A stretch of DNA of 62,243 nt, filler included, from a bacterium (GTDB lineage Bacteria > JBDRGX01): assembly GCA_043817485.1 (NCBI GenBank). It is 4 parts of 4 records of this genome, joined end to end, with 100 filler letters (N's around TTAATTAATTAA, not from the genome) between each part and the next. Parts side by side here need not be neighbours in the genome. Positions count along the whole stretch, not along the records: positions 28,807 to 52,216 come from JBDRGX010000025.1; 3 more parts are not named here. One strand, given 5' to 3'. Position 1 is the stretch's first letter; each line of letters begins with the position of its first letter. Below the pieces are notes generated by a model that was given only the letters and a program-made list of their open reading frames with translations, was not told the origin of the DNA and searched no databases. Below, piece by piece: positions 35,144 to 45,653 of the stretch. Both the position numbers and the translations under genes were made by a program.

Positions 35144-35893
35144 ATGAATTTTTTATGGGCAATTGGTGCTAGTATTTTTGTTAGTTTAATTTCATTTATT
35201 GGAATTATTTCTTTATTATTTAAAGAAAATATCCTTAATAAAATTTTTATTTTTTTAGTTGCTTTTAGTTCTGGTAGTTTAATTAGTGCAGCATTTTTTT
35301 ATCTTTTACCAAAAACTTTTGAATATTCTCAGAATATGACACAAAATTTTATTTATGTTATTTTGGGCTTTATATTTTTTTTAATTTTAGAAAAATATCT
35401 TTATTGGCATCATTGTCATAAAAAAAATTGTAAAATACATGTTTTTACTTATCTAACTCTTGTAGGAGATGGTATACATAATTTTATGGATGGGCTTATT
35501 ATAGGTACGAGTTTTATGGTAGATATTAAATTTGGGTTAGTTACAACTTTTGTAATAATTCTTCATGAAATTCCACAAGAATTAGGAGATTTTGGTGTTT
35601 TATTATATGGAGGATTTAGTAAATTTAAAGCTTTATTATATAATTTTTTTTCTGGAACTACAGCTATTATAGGAACAATTATAGGTTATTATTTTGCAAA
35701 TAAAATAGAATTTTTTTCTGTAATACTTTTACCAATTACTGCTGGTGGATTTATTTATATTGCTGCTTGTGATTTAATTCCAGAATTACATAAAGAAACA
35801 AATCAAAAAAAATCAATATTTTCAATGTTATTTTTTATATTAGGAATTTGTTTTATACTTTGGTTAAAATTAAATTGTCATCATAATCATTAA
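35144..35893 (+). CDS. ZIP-family metal transporter
   Basis: His-rich loop, GDGIHNFMDG, HEIPQELGDF. Confidence 0.93.
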   Translation: MNFLWAIGASIFVSLISFIGIISLLFKENILNKIFIFLVAFSSGSLISAAFFYLLPKTFEYSQNMTQNFIYVILGFIFFLILEKYLYWHHCHKKNCKIHVFTYLTLVGDGIHNFMDGLIIGTSFMVDIKFGLVTTFVIILHEIPQELGDFGVLLYGGFSKFKALLYNFFSGTTAIIGTIIGYYFANKIEFFSVILLPITAGGFIYIAACDLIPELHKETNQKKSIFSMLFFILGICFILWLKLNCHHNH

Positions 35894-36144
35894 AATTGTT
35901 ATTAAATAATATTAGTTTTGTTATAAAATTAGAATTATAGCGACTTGCACAAATTATGAAGCTTTGAATAATTTTTTGATTTTTAAGCTTTAATATATTT
36001 TTCTTGACAATTCATAGAAATAAAAATATAATTTACTACTTAAATTTTAAAAAATTTTAAAAAATATAAAATTTGTGTAAAATTCTGTATTTTGCTTTTA
36101 ATTATTATGAAACTATATTAAAATTAAGTAAAAAGGAATATGTT

Positions 36145-36354
36145 TTGGAAGGTAAAATTGAAATAAATTCTAATAAATGTAAAAGCTGTGGATTTTGTAT
36201 AAAATTTTGTCCTAATAAAAGTTTAAATTTATCATTAAAATTTAATGCTAATGGTTACCATTTTGTATATTTAAAAGAAGATGCAAAGTGTAATGGTTGT
36301 GGAATTTGTGCTTTAGTATGTCCTGATATTGCAATTGAAGTCTACAAAAAATAA
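36145..36354 (+). CDS. 4Fe-4S ferredoxin (2-oxoacid:ferredoxin oxidoreductase delta subunit)
   Basis: Two CxxCxxCxxxCP motifs; TTG start after AAGGA (ORF opens at 36073). Confidence 0.85.
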   Translation: MEGKIEINSNKCKSCGFCIKFCPNKSLNLSLKFNANGYHFVYLKEDAKCNGCGICALVCPDIAIEVYKK

Positions 36355-36364
36355 GGGGTATTTT

Positions 36365-37423
36365 TTGGAACAAGAAAAAAAAGTTTTAATGGAAGGTAAT
36401 GAAGTAGTTGCAGAAGCAGCTATTATTGCTGGATGTAGATATTATTTTGGGTATCCTATTACTCCTCAAAATGAAATACCAGCTTATATGTCATGGAGAT
36501 TACCACAAGTAGGTGGTGTTTTCATTCAAGCAGAAAGTGAAATTGCAGCAATTAATATGGTTTTTGGAGCAGCTTTGACTGGAGAAAAAGCAATGACTTC
36601 TTCTTCAAGTCCTGGCATAAGTTTAAAACAAGAAGGAATTTCTTATATGGCTGGATGTGAATTGCCAGCTTTAATAGTAAATATGAATAGAAGTGGTCCT
36701 GGTTTAGGTGGAATTCAAGCATCTCAAAGTGATTATTTTCAATCAACTAAAGGTGGTGGACATGGAGATTATCGTTTAATAGTTTTTGCTCCAACATCTT
36801 TACAAGAATTAATGGATCTTACAATATTAAGTTTTGATTTAGCTTTTAAATATAGAAATCCTGTTTTAATTTTAGGTGATGCTATTTTAGCTCAAATGAA
36901 AGAACCAGTAATTTTAAGAAAACCTTCTTTAAATAAAATTCCTTCTTATGATTGGACATTAAGGGGTGCTTTAAATAGACCTCCTCGTTTTATTAAATCA
37001 TTATTTCTTAATTGTGAAGATTTAGAAAAACATAATTTACATCTTCAAGAAAAATATTTAAAAATAGAAAAAACAGAAATAAAATATCAAGCAGAAAATA
37101 TAGAAAATGCAGAATATTTAGTAGTTGCTTTTGGTTCTTGTGCTCGAATTGCTAAATCAGCTGTAAAAGAAGCTCAAAAACAAGGAATGAAAATTGGTTT
37201 TATAAGACCTATTACTGTTTGGCCATTTCCTTATTCTATCATAAAAGAAGTTTCTTCTAAAGTAAAAAAAGTTTTAGTAATAGAAATGAATGCGGGTCAA
37301 ATGTTAGAAGATGTTAAATTAGCAGTTTTAGGAAATTGTGAAGTTAATTTTTTTGGAAAAATGGGAGGAGCCATTCCTACTTCACAAGAAATTTTAGAGG
37401 AAATAAAAAAAATAGTAAAATGA
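36365..37423 (+). CDS. 2-oxoacid:ferredoxin oxidoreductase alpha subunit (VorB-like)
   Basis: [28 protein letters not shown]. Confidence 0.92.
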   Translation: MEQEKKVLMEGNEVVAEAAIIAGCRYYFGYPITPQNEIPAYMSWRLPQVGGVFIQAESEIAAINMVFGAALTGEKAMTSSSSPGISLKQEGISYMAGCELPALIVNMNRSGPGLGGIQASQSDYFQSTKGGGHGDYRLIVFAPTSLQELMDLTILSFDLAFKYRNPVLILGDAILAQMKEPVILRKPSLNKIPSYDWTLRGALNRPPRFIKSLFLNCEDLEKHNLHLQEKYLKIEKTEIKYQAENIENAEYLVVAFGSCARIAKSAVKEAQKQGMKIGFIRPITVWPFPYSIIKEVSSKVKKVLVIEMNAGQMLEDVKLAVLGNCEVNFFGKMGGAIPTSQEILEEIKKIVK

Positions 37424-38157
37424 AAAAAATATTTACAAAACCAATTAGTTTAAAAGAAAAAAATTTTCATTATTGTTCAGGTTGTGGACATGGACTTATA
37501 CATAGATTAATAGCAGAAGTAATTGATGAATTAAATATAAGAGAAAAAACAATTGGGATTGCTCCAGTAGGTTGTGCTGTTATAGCTTATGACTATTTTA
37601 ATTTTGATGTTACAGAAGCAGCTCATGGGCGACCTCCAGCAGTTGCTACTGGAATTAAAAGAGTTTTACCAGAAAATATTGTTTTTACTTATCAAGGAGA
37701 TGGAGATTTAGCTGCTATTGGAACTTGTGAAATTATTCATGCAGCAAATAGAGGAGAATCTATTACAACTATTTTTGTTAATAATGCTACTTATGGAATG
37801 ACTGGTGGACAAATGGCTCCTACTACTTTAATAGGACAAAAAACAAAAACAACACCACAAGGAAGGGATTTTAAAACAACTGGTTATCCAATTAAAATGG
37901 CTGAACTTTTAAGTCAATTAGAAGGATCCGCTTATATTGCAAGATGTGCACTTAATAATGTAGTAAATATAAAAAAAACAAAACAATGTTTAAAAAAAGC
38001 ATTTGAAGCTCAAATTAATAATAAAGGATTTTCAATGGTAGAAATACTTTCTATGTGTCCTACTAATTGGAATCTTTCACCAATTGAATCTCTTAAGTGG
38101 TTAGAAGAAAATATGATTAAATATTTTCCTTTGAATGAATTTAAAGTTAAAAATTAA
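37420..38157 (+). CDS. 2-oxoacid:ferredoxin oxidoreductase beta subunit (TPP-binding)
   Basis: [29 protein letters not shown]. Confidence 0.92.
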   Translation: MKKIFTKPISLKEKNFHYCSGCGHGLIHRLIAEVIDELNIREKTIGIAPVGCAVIAYDYFNFDVTEAAHGRPPAVATGIKRVLPENIVFTYQGDGDLAAIGTCEIIHAANRGESITTIFVNNATYGMTGGQMAPTTLIGQKTKTTPQGRDFKTTGYPIKMAELLSQLEGSAYIARCALNNVVNIKKTKQCLKKAFEAQINNKGFSMVEILSMCPTNWNLSPIESLKWLEENMIKYFPLNEFKVKN

Positions 38158-38199
38158 TTTATAAAAAAAATCAAAAAAAAAGCGAGGTGATTAAATTAA

Positions 38200-38397
38200 A
38201 TGTTAGAAATTAGATTAAGAGAAAATGAATCTTTAGAATTTGCTTTGAAAAAATTTAAATCAAAATACGAAAAATCTGGAATTATGGCAGAAATAAAAAA
38301 AAGAGAATATTATATGAAACCAAGTGTTATGAAAAAGAAAAAAATAAGAAAGTCATTTAAGAAAAAAACTAAATTTTCTGTTAATAAATTTAAATAA
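38200..38397 (+). CDS. rpsU: 30S ribosomal protein S21
   Basis: ESLEFALKKFK...KKREYYMKPS; GAGGTG RBS. Confidence 0.88.
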   Translation: MLEIRLRENESLEFALKKFKSKYEKSGIMAEIKKREYYMKPSVMKKKKIRKSFKKKTKFSVNKFK

Positions 38398-38411
38398 AGC
38401 AAGATTATTAA

Positions 38412-38451
38412 AAAATAAAAAAGGAAATAAATAATTTCCTTTTTTATTTTA
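38412..38451 (+). terminator. Terminator after rpsU
   Basis: AAAATAAAAAGGAAAT...ATTTCCTTTTTTATTTT hairpin. Confidence 0.6.
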
Positions 38452-38505
38452 ATATTATATTATTGAAATTGTTTAATTTATAATCAATTTGCAATTATTT
38501 TATAA

Positions 38506-38631
38506 TATCAAGTTACATTTAAATGCTAATTATGTTAATTTTTTCAATGTATTATTTAACTTCGTCCGCACAAACAAATTCAGCATATCTTCTTCTTGCC
38601 GCCTTGTTATTATTTTGAATGCAAATTAATA
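38506..38631 (-). mobile_element. ERIC-like MITE copy (reverse orientation)
   Basis: Degenerate TIRs and CTTGCCGCCTTGTTAT shared with 42300-42421. Confidence 0.75.
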
Positions 38632-38692
38632 TAAATAATAATATAATTAATATTTTGCAAAAATTTTATAAAAAAAGATTAAGGAGAAATCT

Positions 38693-39097
38693 ATGATTTC
38701 TAAAATTGTTTTAAAATTTCCTTATCGATTAGTTAATCAACCAATTGTTTGTAAATTAGTTAAAGATTATAATTTAGAATTTAATATTCTTAAAGCTTAT
38801 ATAACTCCTCAAGAAGAAGGACTTTTAATTTTAGAACTTAAAGGAGAAAATGAACAATATAATAAAGGAATATATTATTTAACGCAAATTGGAGTAAAAA
38901 TACAATTACTTAGTCAAGATATAATTCGTAATAATGCAAGATGTACTCATTGTGGTGCTTGCATTTCAGTATGTCCAACTGATGCTTTAATTATAGATCC
39001 TATTACTCGAAAAGTTAATTTTTATGACAATAAATGTATTGCTTGTGAACTTTGTGTTTCTGCTTGTCCTACAAGAGCAATGGAAGTACATTTTTAA
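38693..39097 (+). CDS. NIL-domain 4Fe-4S ferredoxin
   Basis: FNILKA NIL motif plus two CxxCxxCxxxCP motifs. Confidence 0.88.
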   Translation: MISKIVLKFPYRLVNQPIVCKLVKDYNLEFNILKAYITPQEEGLLILELKGENEQYNKGIYYLTQIGVKIQLLSQDIIRNNARCTHCGACISVCPTDALIIDPITRKVNFYDNKCIACELCVSACPTRAMEVHF

Positions 39098-39833
39098 ATG
39101 GGCGAAGAACGGTTTTATAGGAATTGGTGTGAGAATAAAGATTTAGTTTCATTTAATGCAATAATCAATGAAACTGATTTATATATTAGAGCAGATATTG
39201 AAGTAGAAAAAAAAAATAACAAGAAAAACTCTTAAAGCAATTTCTAAATATAGATTAGACATAGAAAACTATATAAAACAAAATCCATTATTTTTAACAA
39301 GTTTAGAACCTATATATTTAGAAAAAAATGTTCCTTCTATTGTAAAAGAAATGATTAAAGCAAGTGCAAAAGTTGGGGTTGGTCCAATGGCAGCAGTTGC
39401 TGGAGCAATTGCTGAATTTGTAGGAAAAACTTTATTAAACTATTCAAAAGAAATAATTGTAGAAAATGGTGGAGATATATTTATAAAAAGTTCGAAAAAA
39501 AGATATATAGGTATTTATGCTGGTAATTCTTTTTTTACAAAAAAAATAGCTATAGAAATTTTTCCAGAAAAAACTCCGTTAGGAATTTGCACTTCATCAG
39601 GAACTGTAGGACATTCTTTAAGTTTTGGTAAAGCAGATGCAGTTACAATCATTTCTTCCTCTACTGCATTATCTGATGCAGCAGCTACAGCTGTTGGAAA
39701 TCTTATTAAAAATGAATTAGATATTTTTCAAGGAATAGAATTTGTTAAAAATATAAATGGATTAAAAGGTGTTTTAATAATTAAAAATGATAAAATTGGT
39801 ATTTGGGGTGATATAAAAATAGTTAATAATTAA
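39098..39833 (+). pseudogene. UPF0280 / ApbE-like protein, frameshifted at A10 (39207-39216)
   Basis: N-terminal ERFYR...ETDL frame and C-terminal GPMAAVAGAIA, ENGGDI, CTSSGTVGHSLSFG frame join on removing one A. Confidence 0.82.
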
Positions 39834-40165
39834 TTATATTTTTTTATTGTAGTTTTTTCGTTATTGAATAATTTTTTAATGTGTTTTTTACCAAAAATCT
39901 TTGGAAGATGAAATAGAACTGCTATAATATCTTTTCTTTATTTTTTTATACATTAATTTAAAGTCTTGTTTTTTTGTTTTTCAAAACAACACTTGATAAA
40001 AATTCATTTTATTTTTTTCTCTATTATCATTGGTAAAAAAGCAAAAAATTTAAAAAAAATTTGGTATTATAAAGTTTTAAATAAATGTCTTTTTTCAATC
40101 ATTAACAAAATCACAAACCTGAAAAAATGCTTGACATTATTTATATGGATTATTATATTTAACAA

Positions 40166-41164
40166 ATGAAAATAACCGTATTGGGCGCCGGCTCATGGGG
40201 GACAACGATAGCCATATTGTTAGCAAACAAGGGCTATCAGGTCTTTCTATGGGAACATTATAAAGAGCATGTAGATGTGCTGAATAAACATCGGGAGAAC
40301 ATCAAGTTTTTGCCGGGTGTTTTTATTCCGGCAGAGATTGTTATTACAAATAGCATCGAAGAATGTCTGCAGAACACAGAATGTTTGGTTGTTGTTGTCC
40401 CATCTCATGCAGTAAGATCTGTTATGAAAAGGTGTTCCGCATGGATAAGAAAAGGGGTAGTTATTGTTTCAGCTGCCAAGGGGATTGAACAGGACACCCT
40501 GAGTACTGTTTCACAGATAATTGAATCAGAGGTTGCACCTGAAATTATTGAAGATATTGAGGTATTATCAGGTCCTTCTCATGCTGAAGAGGTAAGCCGA
40601 CAGGTTCCAACAACAGTAGTGGCTGCTGCCAAACAGGAAAAAACAGCAAGATTTATTCAGGAATTATTTAGTACGCCCTATTTTAGGGTTTATACAAATC
40701 TTGATATTAAAGGAGTAGAATTAGGTGGATCTCTTAAAAACATTATCGCTCTTGCATCTGGTATTTTGTGTGGTTTTGGCTTTGGAGATAATACGAATGC
40801 CGCACTTATTACCCGTGGTCTTGCGGAAATCTCCAGACTTGGGGTAGCAATGGGAGCTCAACGAGAGACTTTTTTTGGACTTTCAGGTATCGGGGATTTG
40901 GTAGTGACATGTACTAGTAAACATAGCCGTAATCGATACTTAGGGGAATTAATAGGTAAGGGCATATCGCTTAATGAGGCATTATCAACCATGACCATGG
41001 TTGCTGAAGGTGTAAATACAACAAAAGCAGCCTTTATTTTATCTGGAAAATTAGGGATTGAACTCCCAATTACCACTGCTATCCATGATGTGCTTTTTGA
41101 AGGCAAAAATCCTCAGAAAGCAATAGAAGGGTTGATGACCCGTGAATTGAGGTCTGAATGGTAA
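40166..41164 (+). CDS. gpsA: NAD(P)H-dependent glycerol-3-phosphate dehydrogenase
   Basis: GAGSWGT, SGPSHA, LKNIIA, GDLVVTC.S..SRN. Confidence 0.96.
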   Translation: MKITVLGAGSWGTTIAILLANKGYQVFLWEHYKEHVDVLNKHRENIKFLPGVFIPAEIVITNSIEECLQNTECLVVVVPSHAVRSVMKRCSAWIRKGVVIVSAAKGIEQDTLSTVSQIIESEVAPEIIEDIEVLSGPSHAEEVSRQVPTTVVAAAKQEKTARFIQELFSTPYFRVYTNLDIKGVELGGSLKNIIALASGILCGFGFGDNTNAALITRGLAEISRLGVAMGAQRETFFGLSGIGDLVVTCTSKHSRNRYLGELIGKGISLNEALSTMTMVAEGVNTTKAAFILSGKLGIELPITTAIHDVLFEGKNPQKAIEGLMTRELRSEW

Positions 41165-41243
41165 GAAAAAGCTTTCAGGTGTCAGCTATCAGAAAAAGTA
41201 TTTTTGTTATTGATTGATAGTTTAAAATAAAAATGGGTGACGA

Positions 41244-41858
41244 ATGAAAAAGATAGATTATGAAAAAGATCTCAAGCAATTATATAATTCTTCTGCTATG
41301 AAAGTAGAAATTGTAGAAGTGTTGCCAATGAACTTTCTTATGATTGATGGAAAAGGGGATCCAAATAAATCTCAAGAATTTCAAGATGCTGTTGAATCTT
41401 TATTTAGCATTTCTTACACATTAAAGTTTATGATTAAAAAAAGTAAAGAAGAAATTGATTATGGAGTTATGCCATTAGAAGGACTATGGTGGGCTGATGA
41501 TATGTCGCAGTTTAAAATAGAAAATAAAAATATTTGGAAATGGACGCTTATGATTATGCAGCCAGAATATGTAACAGAGAAACTATTTAATGAAGCAGTA
41601 GAGCAAATTAAAAAAAAGAAGAAGTTAACAGCATTATTAAATGTTCGTTTTGAGGCATTTTCAGAAGGTAAGTCAGCACAAATAATGCACATTGGTCCAT
41701 TTTCAGAGGAAGGTACTACTATTGAAAAATTACATAACTTTATTAAAGACAATGGGTTTAATTTTTTTGGTAAACATCATGAGATATATTTAAGTGATAT
41801 AAGAAAAGCAGCACCAGAAAAGTGGAAAACAATTATTAGACAATCAATCAAGGTTTAA
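41244..41858 (+). CDS. GyrI-like small-molecule-binding protein
   Basis: IDGKGDPN, MPLEGLWW, HIGPF, HHEIYLSD. Confidence 0.85.
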   Translation: MKKIDYEKDLKQLYNSSAMKVEIVEVLPMNFLMIDGKGDPNKSQEFQDAVESLFSISYTLKFMIKKSKEEIDYGVMPLEGLWWADDMSQFKIENKNIWKWTLMIMQPEYVTEKLFNEAVEQIKKKKKLTALLNVRFEAFSEGKSAQIMHIGPFSEEGTTIEKLHNFIKDNGFNFFGKHHEIYLSDIRKAAPEKWKTIIRQSIKV

Positions 41859-41965
41859 CAAATTGCTATAATTGACCTTATTATTTTAATTTTTTTGACA
41901 AATTAATTTAAAATTAATACAAAATCAAAAAAAATTATTGCATTATTGCATTATGGAAAGAAACA

Positions 41966-42678
41966 ATGAAACATCTACTTTTTTTATTATTTCCTTTAAT
42001 TACTTTTGTAAATGCTCAAGAAAAAGAAAAAATATGTTTAATTATTTCTTTTGAAAATTTTCAAAATATAGAATATCAAGGAACTAAAGAGTATTTAGAA
42101 AATAAAAATTATAAAATAATAACTGCTTCTACTCAAAAAAATTATGCTACTGGAAAATTAGGAGAAAAAGTAAAAATAGATTTATTAGTAAAAGATATTA
42201 AAGTATTTGATTATGTAGCAATTGTTTTTATTGGTGGATCTGGTAGTTCAATATATTGGAATAATAAAATAGCTCATAATATATGCAAAGAAACATTCGT
42301 ACCAAGTTGCATTTAAATGATAACAAGGCGGCAAGGAGGAAGCGACAAAAATGTATTAGATTATACATTGAAGGAGCTGACGACAAAGCCAACACAGTTA
42401 GCGTTTAAATGCGACTTGGTATAAAACAAAATAAAATACTTGCTGCTATTTGTATAGCATAAATTACTTTGGCTAATGCTAATGTATTAGAAGGGAAAAA
42501 AGCAACTGTTTGGCCAGATCAAGATTGTATCAATCAATTAAAACAAAATAAATCTATTTATAAAAATGAGCCCGTAGTTGTAGATGGAAAAATTATTACT
42601 GGTTCTGGCCCAGAATCTACAGAATTATTTGCAGAATCTATTAATAAAATTTTAAAACTTATAAAAAAGGAAAAATAA
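41966..42678 (+). pseudogene. DJ-1/PfpI-family protein disrupted by an ERIC-like insertion and a premature stop
   Basis: FIGGSG before the insertion; KILAAICIA*ITLANANVLEGKKAT and DGKIITGSGP after it, in a shifted frame. Confidence 0.85.
42300..42421 (+). mobile_element. ERIC-like MITE, best-preserved copy (122 bp)
   Basis: TIRs TACCAAGTTGCATTTAAA / TTTAAATGCGACTTGGTA; interrupts a CDS. Confidence 0.88.
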
Positions 42679-42679
42679 A

Positions 42680-43798
42680 ATGGATAAAAAACTTCGAATT
42701 GGAATTGTTGGAGCATCTGGTTGGATGGCTGGTGCTCTTATTATTGGATCTGAATATGATGAAATGGGATTTGATTTAGAAACAAAAAAAGGAAATAAAA
42801 GTTCTATTTCTGTAGTAAAAGGATTATGTGATTTGAATAAAGACATACTTATTGCAAAAAAAAATGAATTATGTTTAGATGAAGCAAATCTTTTTACTTC
42901 TTATGATGAATTATTATCTTGTCAAGAAATAGATGCTGTTATTATTGCTGTTCCTAATAATCTTCATGCTCAATTTACAATAAAAGCTCTTAAATCTGGA
43001 AAACATGTATTTTTAGAAAAACCTTTTTCTACTACTTACAAAGATTCTCAAGAATTATTAAAAATTAGTAAAGAAAATAAACTTACTACAAAAGTAGATT
43101 ATATTTTAGTTCATTATGATGAACAACAAAAACTTAAAGAATTAATAAATCAAAATGCTTTTGGAGAAATTGCTTCTACACATTTTACTTATCGTCATCC
43201 TATTCAAGTTGAACAAACTGCTGGACAAACTTGGAAACTTTCTAAAGAAAAAAGTGGTGGAGCCATTCCAATGGGAATTTGTCATGCTATTTCTTTAACT
43301 GTATTTCAAGTCAACAAAAATCCAATAACTGTTATTAGCAAAAGTAATCCCGCAAAAATAAGAAATTTTGATTATGATACTCAATATGATATAATGATTA
43401 TATTTGAAAATAATATAATTAGCATTATTCAAGGGAATATTGATTTTGCAGAAAAATATGATGCAAGACATACAATTATAGGCACTAATGGACAATTTGA
43501 TTACAATCCTTACAATTCTTTAGATACAAGAGTAATGTGGTCTTCTAAAACATTACAAAGAAATTATTCACCAGATAGTAATTTTGCTCAACATCATCTT
43601 GATAGTGGAAATGTTTGGAAACATCAATGTGGTCTTAGTGTTAGAGAATTTGTTAAGTATTCTTTAAATAATGAAGAAGATCCATTATTAGGGTTTAATT
43701 CTCCTTTAGTAAAAAGAACAGAAGCTATTATTTGGGCAGCAGAAGAATCAGCTTTTAAAAATGGGATGCCAGTAGATGTTAAAAAATATTTTATATAA
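42680..43798 (+). CDS. Gfo/Idh/MocA-family oxidoreductase
   Basis: RIGIVGA Rossmann start, AVPNNLH, GKHVFLEKP. Confidence 0.88.
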   Translation: MDKKLRIGIVGASGWMAGALIIGSEYDEMGFDLETKKGNKSSISVVKGLCDLNKDILIAKKNELCLDEANLFTSYDELLSCQEIDAVIIAVPNNLHAQFTIKALKSGKHVFLEKPFSTTYKDSQELLKISKENKLTTKVDYILVHYDEQQKLKELINQNAFGEIASTHFTYRHPIQVEQTAGQTWKLSKEKSGGAIPMGICHAISLTVFQVNKNPITVISKSNPAKIRNFDYDTQYDIMIIFENNIISIIQGNIDFAEKYDARHTIIGTNGQFDYNPYNSLDTRVMWSSKTLQRNYSPDSNFAQHHLDSGNVWKHQCGLSVREFVKYSLNNEEDPLLGFNSPLVKRTEAIIWAAEESAFKNGMPVDVKKYFI

Positions 43799-43800
43799 CA

Positions 43801-45511
43801 TTATCTTTTGAATTTTTTTTCAAGTTCTGTAAATAATAATTTAATCATTGTTGGTCTACCATGTGGGCAAGTAAAAGGATTTTCGGTTTTTAAAAGATCC
43901 TTAATTATTTTTTGCATTTCTTCATTAGTTAATTTTTGTCCTTTTCTAATTGAAGAATAACAGCTAATTAAAATTAAAATTTCTTCTACATTTTTTTCAT
44001 TTGTTTTTTTATCAATTAAATTTTCAATCATTTTTTCAATTATTTCTTTGTAATTACAATTTTTCAATAAATCTGGAACAGATCTTATAACAAAACTTTT
44101 ATTTCCAAAATTTTCTATTTCAAACCCAAAACTTAAAAAAAAAATTCAAATTATTTTTTAGTATTTCAGATTTTGAATAAGTTATTTCTAAATTAACTGG
44201 TATTAAAAGATTTTGAATTAATATTTTTTTATCTTTATACTCATTTTTTAATTTTTCATATAAAATTCTTTCACAAGCAGCATGCTGATCTATAATTCTT
44301 AATTCATTTTCTTCATTATAAATTATATATAAATTTTTTATTTGAAATACATTGTATGAAAAAGAAAAAGACGGAAAAAAATTTTGTAAAAATGGCTTTT
44401 CATCTTTTTGTTTAGTTTTTTGAGAAGAAATAAAATAATCACTAATTGCTTCTTTAACAAATTGCTCTTGAGGATAATCATTTTGTTTTTCATAAATTGG
44501 AATTTTTATTTCTGGAGATTCATCTAAAGAAATTAAATTTTTTCTTAAAGCAGTTTTTGTAAATAAATATATTTCATTAGTATCAGAAAATTTAATTTCT
44601 TGTTTAGTAGGATGAACATTTACATCTATTATTGCGGGATTTATTTCCAAAAAAATAATTGCTAAAGGATATTGTTTAGATGGGATTAATTCTTTATAAG
44701 CACTTGATATAGCATATCTTATAATATCACTTTTTATAAATCTTTTATTAACAAAAAAAATTTGATCATCTCTGTTTGTTTTAGTATAAGAAATTTTTGA
44801 AATAATTCCAGTTATTTTTAGATTTGGTTTTTCCTCTTTAATAAGTACAACTTTATCATTTATTTCATTTCCATATAAAGCCAAAAAACGATCTGAAAAA
44901 TTTTTATTTGAAGGAAGATTAAAAATAACCTTATCATTATGTTCTAATTTGAAATGAATATTAAAATACATTAAAGCATATTTTTCTATTAATTTAATAA
45001 TATGATTAAATTCTGTAGTATCTGATTTTAAAAATTTTAAACGAGCTGGAATATTAAAAAAAAGATTTTCTATTTTAAAAATAGTTCCTTTTGACATTCC
45101 AATTTCTTTAATTTCTTTTATTTTTCCAGATTCAATAATAATTTTAATTCCTAATCCATTTTCATTATCACAAGTTATAAGTTCCATTAAAGAAACGCTA
45201 CTAATACTTGGAAGTGCTTCTCCTCTAAAGCCCAATGTATTAATATTAAATAAATCTTCTAATTGAGTTAATTTACTTGTACTATGTCTTTTTAAAGCAA
45301 GCAAAGCATCTTCTTTATTCATTCCAATTCCATCATCTATTATTTGAATTAAACTTTTACCTGCATTTTTTATTTTAATAAAAATTGAATTAGCTTTTGC
45401 ATCAATAGAATTTTCAAGCAATTCTTTTACTACTGAAAATGGTCTTTCTACCACTTCACCAGCTGCAATTTTATTTATAATATTTTCTGAAAGTAATTTT
45501 ATTTTACTCAT
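43801..45511 (-). pseudogene. mutL: DNA mismatch repair protein MutL, frameshifted at a T10 run (44135-44144)
   Basis: KIAAGEV, GFRGEAL, DVNVHP, DQHAACER in 44120-45511; CPHGRP in 43801-44067; removing one T fuses them. Confidence 0.9.
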
Positions 45512-45530
45512 AATTAATTTTTTTTGTTTG

Positions 45531-45653
45531 TACTAAGTTGCATTCAAAATAATAATAAAGACACAAGAAGAAATCGACAAATCTGTATCAAATAATACGC
45601 TGAAAAAGCTGACAACAAAGCCAACACAATTAGCGTTTGAATACGACTTGGTA
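45531..45653 (+). mobile_element. ERIC-like MITE copy (123 bp) upstream of mutL
   Basis: Colinear with 42300-42421: AGCTGACAACAAAGCCAACACAATTAGCGTTTGAATACGACTTGGTA. Confidence 0.85.

Noticed and set aside
42460-42462. Stop-codon reassignment suggested by the in-frame TAA
   Set aside because: It is isolated in an already disrupted gene; TAA, TAG and TGA all end normal genes here.
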